Positions 1 to 8,339 of a DNA stretch of 64,000 bases are shown here, one piece after another; position 1 is the stretch's first letter; each line of letters starts with the position of its first letter. Source of the stretch: Leptonemataceae bacterium (GTDB lineage Bacteria; Spirochaetota; Leptospiria; Leptospirales; Leptonemataceae); the NCBI GenBank assembly GCA_965227295.1, contig OZ245742.1:3456001-3520000 (forward strand), in the 5' to 3' direction. The position numbers and the translations under genes are program-made. Below the pieces are notes generated by a model that searched no databases, was not told the origin of the DNA, and was given only the letters and a program-made list of their open reading frames with translations.

Positions 1-495
1 CAGGTGCGCATCGGCCTGAACACCGGCACGGCGAAGGTCGGTTTTATGGGCACGGACGACCTGGCGTCGTATACGATGATGGGTGACACGGTGAATCTGG
101 CCGCGCGCCTGGAAGCGGCGGGCAAGGACTACGGCGTGAGTTGTTTGATCAGTGAGAGTACGAACGCTCTCATCAAAGACGAGATGCTCACGCGTTTGCT
201 CGACGCCGTCGTTGTGAAAGGCAAAACGAAACCCGTGCGCATCTATGAGCTGATCGGCGGCCGGAGTACTGTCACGGACCAGGCGGTGGAGGCCGCGGCA
301 AAGTTCGAAGCCGGCTTCGCTTTGTATCTCCAGCGCGATTGGGACGGCGCGGTGCGAACGTTAGCGGAAGCGGAGCGCTTGCGCGGGCAGGGGCCGGACA
401 GGGCCGTGGCCATGCTGGTGGAACGCTGCGAGTTCTATCGATCCGCGCCGCCCGCCGAGGGTTGGGACGGCGCCTTTGTGCGAACGCACAAGTAA
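1..495 (+). CDS. Class III adenylate/guanylate cyclase, C-terminal part (5' end outside window)
   Basis: RIGLNTG...YTMMGDTVNLAARLE...VKGK motifs followed by a TPR-like helical tail. Confidence 0.9.
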   Translation, partial: QVRIGLNTGTAKVGFMGTDDLASYTMMGDTVNLAARLEAAGKDYGVSCLISESTNALIKDEMLTRLLDAVVVKGKTKPVRIYELIGGRSTVTDQAVEAAAKFEAGFALYLQRDWDGAVRTLAEAERLRGQGPDRAVAMLVERCEFYRSAPPAEGWDGAFVRTHK

Positions 496-588
496 CGCCC
501 GTTGTTCTTGAAACGCAGTCTTAATTGCGATGGACTCCCGTGAAAAAATCGTGGTTGTCCCGGCGCGTCCGGTCGCGAGTTTTTTCCC

Positions 589-1455
589 ATGAACGAAGGT
601 GCACTGCGATTCTCCGGGCCGCCGGATTCACTCCCCGCGAAACTCACGGCCGTTCTCGAAGTCATTTTGCTGCTGGCTTCCGCTACGGCGGTGCTGCTGT
701 GGTTGATGGGCATGCCCCTGTTTTATGCGGACGGCGAGCCGGTGCTTTCCGTGTTCACGGCGCTGTCGCTGCTGCTGCTCGTGATCGTGAGGCTGGCGCG
801 CAAGTTTCTCTTCGGCTGGCCCACGGCACTTTCGCTGGCGTTGATCGGCGCGGTACTCGGCGGCAATCTTTCGTCCATGCTCATGCTCACGAGCATGCCG
901 CCGGGGCTCATGCGTTCCTTTCCGGACGTGGTCATGACCTCGGTCTTCACGTCCCTCGGCCTGCTGCTCTTTTGTCTGTACGAGTTACTGATCGTCCTGC
1001 GTGAAACGCCGCGTTCGACCTTTATTCTGGACGACATCCTGTTGCACCTCGCCCTGGTTCCCGGCGGCTTAAGTTTACTCGGCTATCTGTTTGGCAATCC
1101 GTTGTATCTCAGTGTCGGGGAAGATCCGCGGGTGGGCATCTCGCCGTTGGAGATGATGTTCATGGGAACCTATGCCGTCACGGCGGTACTTTCGAATCGT
1201 CAGTTGTTTTTGTGGCAGTTCCTGGCCGCCGGCTGGATCAACCGCCTCATTTTCGCCGCGTTGTTTGCGAATCAGTTCATTGCGCCGGTGATCACGGCGT
1301 ACGCCTTTTCGACGGGCCTCGAATCCGGCGGCGGGCCGGGCATTGAGCTGTTCGTGTTGTTGGCCGGCGTGATTGCGACGTTGACGTTCCTGGTGATCCA
1401 GGCGTACTTACACACGCGCTCGCGCGAATCCGCACCGGCTCCGTCCCGCGAGTAA
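589..1455 (+). CDS. Multi-pass membrane protein, function unknown
   Basis: 288 aa ORF with about 8 hydrophobic segments and genome-typical codon usage. Confidence 0.7.
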   Translation: MNEGALRFSGPPDSLPAKLTAVLEVILLLASATAVLLWLMGMPLFYADGEPVLSVFTALSLLLLVIVRLARKFLFGWPTALSLALIGAVLGGNLSSMLMLTSMPPGLMRSFPDVVMTSVFTSLGLLLFCLYELLIVLRETPRSTFILDDILLHLALVPGGLSLLGYLFGNPLYLSVGEDPRVGISPLEMMFMGTYAVTAVLSNRQLFLWQFLAAGWINRLIFAALFANQFIAPVITAYAFSTGLESGGGPGIELFVLLAGVIATLTFLVIQAYLHTRSRESAPAPSRE

Positions 1456-1664
1456 AGGGGCGATGTCTGATATTCAGAGCGACAGCCCGTCCGTACTCCG
1501 CGCGAATTTGAATACATTTCCGGTGTCTGCGCCGGGTCTGAAAAAAGACTGGCGCCGGTTTGCGCGGTATTGTAAGTTCGGCGCGTGTTTTCTTCGTTGA
1601 TCTGGACGCTCATCTTCGTCTACGCCGCGTTCTTTTATTTATTGAACCGGGTGATGGCGGATTG

Positions 1665-2252
1665 ATGGTACTCGGACACTACGCCGCCGCATTTATTGCC
1701 CGCCCGCACGTGCGGGAGGCGCCGTTGTGGGTGTTGCTTCTCTGCGCGAACCTGGCGGAGTTTTTGTGGCTCGGCCTGGCGCTGGCCGGCATCGAGGCGA
1801 CCGAGCCCGCGTCCATTTTAGACGCCACGTTCCAGAACCTCAAAGTACACATGACCTACAGCCACAACGTCGTGCCGAATCTGCTGCTCGGCTTCGGCGT
1901 GTTCGTCGTGGTGTACGCATACTATCGCAATCGAACTCTGGCGCTCTGGTGTGCGGGGCTCACGGTGCTGCACGTATGGTGCGACTACATCGTCGGCTTT
2001 CAACATGAATGGCTGGGGCGGGACTCACTCAAGATCGGCCTCGATTCCTACGGGCACTTCCCGCACGTCGCGATCCTCATCGAACTCGTTTTCGCCGTCG
2101 GTTGCGTCTTTTATTACAGCGTCGCCGAAAAACGCGCGGGCCGGCCGGTGCCGCGGCGTAAGCTCGTGTTTCTCTACACGGCGTTCATCATCGGAGTCGG
2201 CGCCTGGTTGCCCACGGCCACGATTCCGTTGCGCACAGTGCTGGGGTTGTGA
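1665..2252 (+). CDS. Membrane protein, possibly membrane-bound metal-dependent hydrolase-like
   Basis: ATG at 1665 gives MVLGHYAAAF; His motifs YSHN and LHVWCD lie within hydrophobic helices. Confidence 0.65.
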   Translation: MVLGHYAAAFIARPHVREAPLWVLLLCANLAEFLWLGLALAGIEATEPASILDATFQNLKVHMTYSHNVVPNLLLGFGVFVVVYAYYRNRTLALWCAGLTVLHVWCDYIVGFQHEWLGRDSLKIGLDSYGHFPHVAILIELVFAVGCVFYYSVAEKRAGRPVPRRKLVFLYTAFIIGVGAWLPTATIPLRTVLGL

Positions 2253-2260
2253 GCCTTCGA

Positions 2261-3445
2261 GACGCCGTTCCGTTGCGCCTCAGAAAGGATTAATGTACAC
2301 TGACCGCCACTTAAGCCACGATCCGGGGCGTGCTCGAACTACTTGAGCGTTTCCGGTAGTTCAAGAGCTGCGATTCGTTGCGTTGGCCGTGAAAAATAGA
2401 AAGTAAGTCCCCCGCGAACCCGCACCCGCTCCGCCCCGCGAATTGAGCGGGGCTCCGGGGTGCGGATTCGCTTGATGTGCACTTCCAATCTGTGAGGCTC
2501 AGGCACCGAGAACATACCAACGCGTTTCTTACGGCAAAGACGCCGTTCCGGTGCGCCTTACCACATTCCCCGGCATGACCTCCGTTCATCTGCTGGAACC
2601 AGCCGTGACCATAAAAGTGTGAATCCAAACTGGCCTTAACTTACATCACGATTCGGGGCGTGCTCAAACGGATGAAAAGTTTCCGGCAGTTCAAGAACTC
2701 TGGCTCGCGGCGTTTGCCGTGAGACACATAAGGTAAGTCGCGCAATAGGTAAGGGATTGATTTGGCTACGGCTTTGCGGGAGTTGTGGATTTTCGTTTCG
2801 TTAAGAATGCTGCGTTCGACCCGGACGCTGATTGTGCGACTCAGCTACCGAGGCGATTCTTACGGCAAAGACGCCGTTCCGGTGCGCCTTACCACGTTCC
2901 CCGGCATGACCTCCGTTCATCTGCTGGAACCAGCTGTACCCATAAAATCATTACTGTACACTGGCCGCCACTTACACTACGATTCGGGGCGTGCTCGAAC
3001 GAATAAAACTTACCGGTAGTTCAAGAGCTGCGGTTCGTGGCGGTTGCCGTGAGAAACACGAAGTAAGTCGCGGAATTGTGAAGGGCTTTTTTTTGCTACA
3101 GCTGAGCGGGAGTTGTGGATTTTCGTTTTGTTAGGAATGCTGCGTTCGACCCGGACGCTGATTGTGCGACTCAGCTACCGAGGCGATTCTTACGGCAAAG
3201 ACGCCGTTCCGGTGCGCCTTACCACGTTCCCCGGCATGACCTCCGTTCATCTGCTGGAACCAGCCGTACCCATAAAAGCCTTAATCCAAACTGGCCGCCA
3301 CTTACACCACGATTCGGGGTGCGCTCGAAAGAATAGAGTTTTGCGGTAGTTCAAGAGTCGCGGTTCGTCACGTTGGCTGTGAGAAACATAAAGTAAGCCG
3401 CAGCATCGTTCAGTCTTTTGTGGGCTACGGCTGAGCGGACTTGTG
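2261..3445 (+). repeat. Array A of the ~330-bp repeat (four core copies, first partial)
   Basis: Core GACGCCGTTCCG at 2261, 2539, 2870, 3200 (last two spacings 331 and 330). Confidence 0.95.
2414..2471. repeat. GC-rich nested hairpin element H1, copy 1, inside array A
   Basis: GCGAACCCGCACCC...GGGTGCGGATTCGC outer stem with inner GCCCCGC/GCGGGGC; second copy at 31079-31136. Confidence 0.85.
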
Positions 3446-3610
3446 CGGGATGTCTCCTGCATCGCCTGCGCTCGTCAAGATTGATGTAAGCAAACTTCGT
3501 GATGTTGGCTCGCGTCGGAAAATTAGAAGGTTGCGGCAAAGAACGAGGATGTTTTTTTGCACCGATGCGATGGGATGATCGTCGAAGGCATACGCTGCAC
3601 TGATAAAAAA

Positions 3611-4981
3611 ATGCCCGCAAAGAAAAAAGAAAAACCGAACCTCGACGAAGCCCTGGAAAACGACGACGCCGATGCTGTGCGGCGTTGTTTGCGCGACGGT
3701 GCCGATCCGAACTTCATCGCCGAAAACCGGCGCAGTCTCCCGTTCATTTGCGCGGCCGAAGAAAACAGCGATGCAGTGGTGCGAGCGCTCGTCGAAGGCG
3801 GGGCCGACATCAATCTCCCGGGCAAGAACGGGAACACCCCGCTCAGCAGAATGTGTGGCGCCTGGGGTCCCGCTCGCGTTACGGTCATGGAATTCGACGC
3901 GCTGAAAGCACGGATCCGGCTCCTCGTGGAACTCGGTGCCGATGTCAACGCCATCGGGAAAAACGATACGACGCCGCTGCTTGCTGCGATCCATGGGGCC
4001 GGCGGCCCCATCGTGGAGTTACTGCTCAATGAACTCGGTGCCGATCCGACCATGCGATCCTTCGGTGGAACGACACCCCTGATGTATGCCGCGCTCTATG
4101 AAGACGTGACCATGATCGACGCACTCGTTCGTTGCGGTTGTCCGCTCAACGCGACGAACGAAAACGGCATCAGCGCCCTGCACATCACGGCGATCACGAA
4201 CAATCCGGTGGCGGCCCGGGCCCTCCTCGGTTACGGTGCCGAAGCAAACCTCGCGGATCGATACGGCGCCACGCCGCACGACTACGCGGTGTTGTTCGAA
4301 CTTCCCGAACTCGCGGAAATTCTGCGCACGCCGGAGACACCGGCCGCCACGGAGGATCGACTCCGCTCCATTTGCGACAGGGCGCACCGCAAGTTTCGGG
4401 AGTATGTCCAATCAGAAGCTGAACGACTGCTGAGTCAGGATTATTTCGACGCCAATTTTGAGGCCGTCGTCACGCTTTTCGCGAATCAGTACTTTTCGAT
4501 GAACGATCTTACAGTCCGGCGTGTCTTTGATCCTCTCTGGCCGCAGTTTCTAAAACTCGTGCCGCCTTTTGCGGCGGGTCACTATGCGACTACAACCTTC
4601 GAATTCAAGTCCCAGGGCGGCGCCATCCTGGACTTTTTTTACGACAAAGAACCATTGCTGGACGTTGCGATTGCACACTACGAAAGGCTCGGCCTGGCAG
4701 AGTTCGAAGAGCTCGCCCATAAAGCCCGAAGCATCTACTACGAAAGTGTGGTCTCCAAAATAGAAGCACTGCGCCAACGCATGCGCGACGAATACCCCCG
4801 TGACGAGTACGTCTCCGGTGAGGACGCCGTCTATGAATGGTACGAGGAGGAAGACGGCGATATTCCGGAGGGGAGACTCTTTGACGATATCCGTTCGAAA
4901 ATGGAGGATCTGCACGACGCACCGGCCGCCATAGAAGCCCGCAAGAAAGCCTTCGAAGAATACCTGCGCGAAGAATCATAA
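3611..4981 (+). CDS. Ankyrin-repeat protein with C-terminal DUF4375/DMP19-like domain, copy 1
   Basis: Repeated GADxN, G-TPL and SALH ankyrin motifs; C-terminal GGAILDFF...AIAHYERLGL pattern; start placed at MPAKKKEK by comparison with paralogues. Confidence 0.85.
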   Translation: MPAKKKEKPNLDEALENDDADAVRRCLRDGADPNFIAENRRSLPFICAAEENSDAVVRALVEGGADINLPGKNGNTPLSRMCGAWGPARVTVMEFDALKARIRLLVELGADVNAIGKNDTTPLLAAIHGAGGPIVELLLNELGADPTMRSFGGTTPLMYAALYEDVTMIDALVRCGCPLNATNENGISALHITAITNNPVAARALLGYGAEANLADRYGATPHDYAVLFELPELAEILRTPETPAATEDRLRSICDRAHRKFREYVQSEAERLLSQDYFDANFEAVVTLFANQYFSMNDLTVRRVFDPLWPQFLKLVPPFAAGHYATTTFEFKSQGGAILDFFYDKEPLLDVAIAHYERLGLAEFEELAHKARSIYYESVVSKIEALRQRMRDEYPRDEYVSGEDAVYEWYEEEDGDIPEGRLFDDIRSKMEDLHDAPAAIEARKKAFEEYLREES

Positions 4982-4994
4982 ACAGGAGAAGAAC

Positions 4995-6356
4995 ATGCCT
5001 GAAGAAAAAGAAGAGCCGCCCAATCTCGACGATGCCCTGGAAAACGACGATGCCGATGCTGTGCGGCGTTGCCTGCGTGACGGTGCCGATCCGAATGCCA
5101 GGATTAAGTACGGACAGCTTCCGTTGACCAGCGCCGCACGGGAGAACAGCGAAGACGTGTTGCGAGCCCTCGTCGAAGGCGGTGCCGATATCAACCTGCC
5201 CGCCGCGGCTCCGCTGAGCGCGGTCTGCGAAAGCGGCCTGGTCCCCGTTCACTTCCAGAGACCGGGACTCGATGCGGTGGAAGCACGCATCCGACTGTTG
5301 GTCGAACTCGGAGCCGACGTCAACTTCACCGCACAGAACGTCGACCCGCCGGTCTTTTGCGCGCTTCACGGAACCGGAGGCTCCATCGTGGAGTTACTGA
5401 TCAACGAACTCGGCGCCGATCCCGCGGTGCAGTCCTACAACGGAACGACCGCTCTGATGCATGCCGCGATTTACGAGGACGTGGCGTTCATCGACGGTCT
5501 CGTTCGTTGCGGTTGTCCGCTCAACGCGACGAACGAAAACGGCATCAGCGCCCTGCACATCACGGCGATCACGAACAATCCGGTGGCGGCCCGGGCCCTC
5601 CTCGGTTACGGTGCCGAAGCAAACCTCGCGGATCGATACGGCGCCACGCCGCACGACTACGCGGTGTTGTTCGAACTTCCCGAACTCGCGGAAATTCTGC
5701 GCACGCCGGAGACACCGGCCGCCACGGAGGATCGACTCCGCTCCATTTGCGACAGGGCGCACCGCAAGTTTCGGGAGTATGTCCAATCAGAAGCGGAAAA
5801 CCTTCTGAGCACTCCGTATTTCGACGACCATTTTTTCAGCGCCATCGTGCACTTCGCGGATCTGTACTTCGCGATAAAAGGGATTACGATGCGCCATGTA
5901 TTTTCGAATCAGTGGCCGCAGTTCTTAAAACTCGTACCGCCCTTTGCAGCAGGTCACTACGCCACAACTACATTCGAATTCCTGACCCGGGACGGAAACA
6001 TCCTGCACTTTTTTTACGAGAAAGAGCCGTTGCTGGACGTTGCGATTGCATACTACGAAAGACTCGGCCTGGCAGAGTTCAAAGAACTCGCCCGCAATGC
6101 CCGGAGCATCTACTACGAAAGCGTGGTCTCCAGAGTAGAAGCACTGCGCCAACGCATGCGCGACGAATACCCCCGTGACGAGTACGTCTCCGGTGAGGAC
6201 GCCGTCTATGAATGGTACGAGGAGGAAGACGGCGATATTCCGGAGGATAAACTCTTCCGGGACATCCGTTCGAAAATGGGTCGCCTGTACGGTACACCCG
6301 CCGTCATCGAGGCTCGCAAAAAAGCCTACGAAGAATACCTGCGCGAAGGATCATAA
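4995..6356 (+). CDS. Ankyrin-repeat protein with C-terminal DUF4375/DMP19-like domain, copy 2
   Basis: Tandem paralogue of 3611-4981 (shared blocks offset by 1375 bp); AGGAG ribosome-binding site upstream. Confidence 0.85.
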   Translation: MPEEKEEPPNLDDALENDDADAVRRCLRDGADPNARIKYGQLPLTSAARENSEDVLRALVEGGADINLPAAAPLSAVCESGLVPVHFQRPGLDAVEARIRLLVELGADVNFTAQNVDPPVFCALHGTGGSIVELLINELGADPAVQSYNGTTALMHAAIYEDVAFIDGLVRCGCPLNATNENGISALHITAITNNPVAARALLGYGAEANLADRYGATPHDYAVLFELPELAEILRTPETPAATEDRLRSICDRAHRKFREYVQSEAENLLSTPYFDDHFFSAIVHFADLYFAIKGITMRHVFSNQWPQFLKLVPPFAAGHYATTTFEFLTRDGNILHFFYEKEPLLDVAIAYYERLGLAEFKELARNARSIYYESVVSRVEALRQRMRDEYPRDEYVSGEDAVYEWYEEEDGDIPEDKLFRDIRSKMGRLYGTPAVIEARKKAYEEYLREGS

Positions 6357-6369
6357 TCAGGAAAACAAC

Positions 6370-6528
6370 ATGCCCGCAAAGAAAAAAGAAAAACCGAACC
6401 TCGACGAAGCCCTGGAAAAGCGTTTCTTCGATGATGCCGGGGTGCAACTGAACCTCCAGATCGACTCCAAAATCGCCGAGCAGCCGCGCCGGAAAGCATT
6501 CCAGGAATACTGGCGCGCGAAAGACTGA
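6370..6528 (+). pseudogene. Internally deleted third ankyrin-array copy (52 aa)
   Basis: First 50 nt identical to 3611-3660; ends RRKAFQEYWRAKD, like the paralogue C-terminus ARKKAFEEYLREES. Confidence 0.75.
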
Positions 6529-6559
6529 GGGCCGGCGCGATCATTCCGCGCCGCTCGCA

Positions 6560-7348
6560 TCAATCGTCGCTGTCTTTCTGCGAGCTGTGCCGCGCGTAGC
6601 CGCGGTGGGACTTCGGCGCGACGAACTCGGCCCACTTCTTCAGGAAGGGATCGTCCTGGCCGTTCAGCCATTCTTGAAAGTCACCGAGCTTCATGCGCTT
6701 CCGGCAGAACAACTGGTAGCCCTCTTTGAGTTTGCTGACGCTCTCTTTCGGCGCCTTGTTCCGCTTGAGGCCGATGAGGTTTAATCCGCCCAGGCCGTTG
6801 TTCGAACCCACCATGGTAAACGGCAGGACGTCCTGGGCAACCCGGAAGAGACCGCCGACGATAGCCTGGGTGCCGACGCGCACATGCTGGTGAACGGCGG
6901 CGGCGGCGCCGAAGATAACGCGATCCTCCACAAGTACGAAACCGCCGAGCTTGGAATCGTTCGGCATAATGATGTGATTGCCGAGCACGCAGTCGTGGCC
7001 GATGTGGATGTTGCCCATGAAGTAGTTGTGATTGCCGATGATCGTCTTGCGGTTCGTTGAGCCGCGATGGAACGTTACGTGCTCACCGATGTAGTTGTCG
7101 TCGCCGATGTGCAGCGTCGTGTCCGTGTCTTTGAAGTTGATGTCCTGCGGTCCACCGCCCAGGGATGCACCGTGGCAAATGGTGTTGCGATCCCCGATTG
7201 TTACCGAGCCCTGAACGTACACATGGGGCGCGAACTTGTTGTCTTTGCCGATTTTCGCGCCGGCGTCGATGACCACGTACGGGCCGATTTCACAACCTTC
7301 GCCGATTTCAGCGTCTTTATCTACAATCGCGGTGGGGTGGATTTTCAT
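6560..7348 (-). CDS. lpxA: Acyl-ACP--UDP-N-acetylglucosamine acyltransferase
   Basis: MKIHPTAIV start, hexapeptide repeats, PQD motif, HIGHDC catalytic His, AVHQHVRVG, GLNLIGLKR. Confidence 0.9.
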   Translation of the reverse strand: MKIHPTAIVDKDAEIGEGCEIGPYVVIDAGAKIGKDNKFAPHVYVQGSVTIGDRNTICHGASLGGGPQDINFKDTDTTLHIGDDNYIGEHVTFHRGSTNRKTIIGNHNYFMGNIHIGHDCVLGNHIIMPNDSKLGGFVLVEDRVIFGAAAAVHQHVRVGTQAIVGGLFRVAQDVLPFTMVGSNNGLGGLNLIGLKRNKAPKESVSKLKEGYQLFCRKRMKLGDFQEWLNGQDDPFLKKWAEFVAPKSHRGYARHSSQKDSDD

Positions 7349-7434
7349 TCGTAACTTCCTCGGGTGCTCTATCGAAAAAATCAATGCGAAGGTTCGCAGC
7401 AAGCCTTAGATTGTCGCTTACTTTTTTAACGCGG

Positions 7435-8334
7435 TTAGAGTTCCCTCACGCGCACACCGTCTTCGATTTCGCTGCCGGGATACACGATCACCACGTCGCC
7501 CGCGTTCAACCCGGCGTCGTCTTCCGCGGAAGATTGCAGCGCCACTTCCACGGCATTGCGCCCGGCCGGCTGCACGCTGAGTTTGCGCGCCCGGCCGTTC
7601 TCAATGCGAAAGACGGCCCAGTGGTCGCCTTCTCGAAACAGCGCGCCGGAGGGAATCTTCAGCACGTCCTCTGCGTTCGAGAGAATCAACGTGCACTCCA
7701 CGCGAAAGTTATCGCCCAGATTTTCCCAGAGTTCCGGCGGCGAGGTAATGTCCACCAATGCGTTGACGCGCTGCTCTTCCACGCCCAGGGACGAGAGCTT
7801 CGTCACCGCCGACGGTTCAATGCGGCGTACGGTTCCTTCGAGGACCTGGCGTCCGCCCCAGCGACTGATGCGCACCGGCGTCCCCGGCTTCACCCGCACG
7901 GCGTCCGCGGTGAGCAGATCCACGACAACCTCCAGCGACGCCGGGTCGCCGATTTCGAGAATCGCCATGCCGCGTTCGATGGGACCGGCATCCTCGCGGT
8001 GCACGCGCAGTACGTTTCCGGAAACCGGCGCGCTCACCGAACGCCGCGCGTCCCAGTCGATAAGCGCCACGGTCTGACCGCGCTGCACGCGATCCCCGGC
8101 GTGCACTTTCAAGCGTTGCAACACTCCGCTCACCGGCGCGAGCAGCAAAAATTTTTCCCGCACGCGTGTGGTGCCGTCCTCGGTTAAGATCTCCTGGAAC
8201 GGCCCGCGTTCTACGGCGGCGCTCTCGACGGGCAACGCCGCCGGAACGAAAAGCACGTACGCCAGGAGCAGCAAGATGAGCCCGCCCCCGGCAAACATCA
8301 GATAACGTCGATTCAACAATAACTTAAGATCCAT
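7435..8334 (-). CDS. Efflux membrane-fusion (HlyD/MacA-like) periplasmic adaptor
   Basis: N-terminal TM anchor, APVSG lipoyl-like halves, SSLGVEEQRV; last gene of ABC operon. Confidence 0.85.
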   Translation of the reverse strand: MDLKLLLNRRYLMFAGGGLILLLLAYVLFVPAALPVESAAVERGPFQEILTEDGTTRVREKFLLLAPVSGVLQRLKVHAGDRVQRGQTVALIDWDARRSVSAPVSGNVLRVHREDAGPIERGMAILEIGDPASLEVVVDLLTADAVRVKPGTPVRISRWGGRQVLEGTVRRIEPSAVTKLSSLGVEEQRVNALVDITSPPELWENLGDNFRVECTLILSNAEDVLKIPSGALFREGDHWAVFRIENGRARKLSVQPAGRNAVEVALQSSAEDDAGLNAGDVVIVYPGSEIEDGVRVREL

Positions 8335-8339
8335 AACAG

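Noticed and set aside
2762..3349. Short ORFs inside the 330-bp repeat (MDFRFVKNAAFDPD..., also 12000-12233, 12327-12560, 59121-59318)
   Set aside because: Frames and stops differ between copies, unit lengths include non-multiples of three and inserts disrupt them. A decayed coding origin cannot be fully excluded.
2261..3445. CRISPR array interpretation of the tandem repeats
   Set aside because: The unit is far too long, the variable parts are homologous alleles rather than unique spacers, and no cas genes are present.
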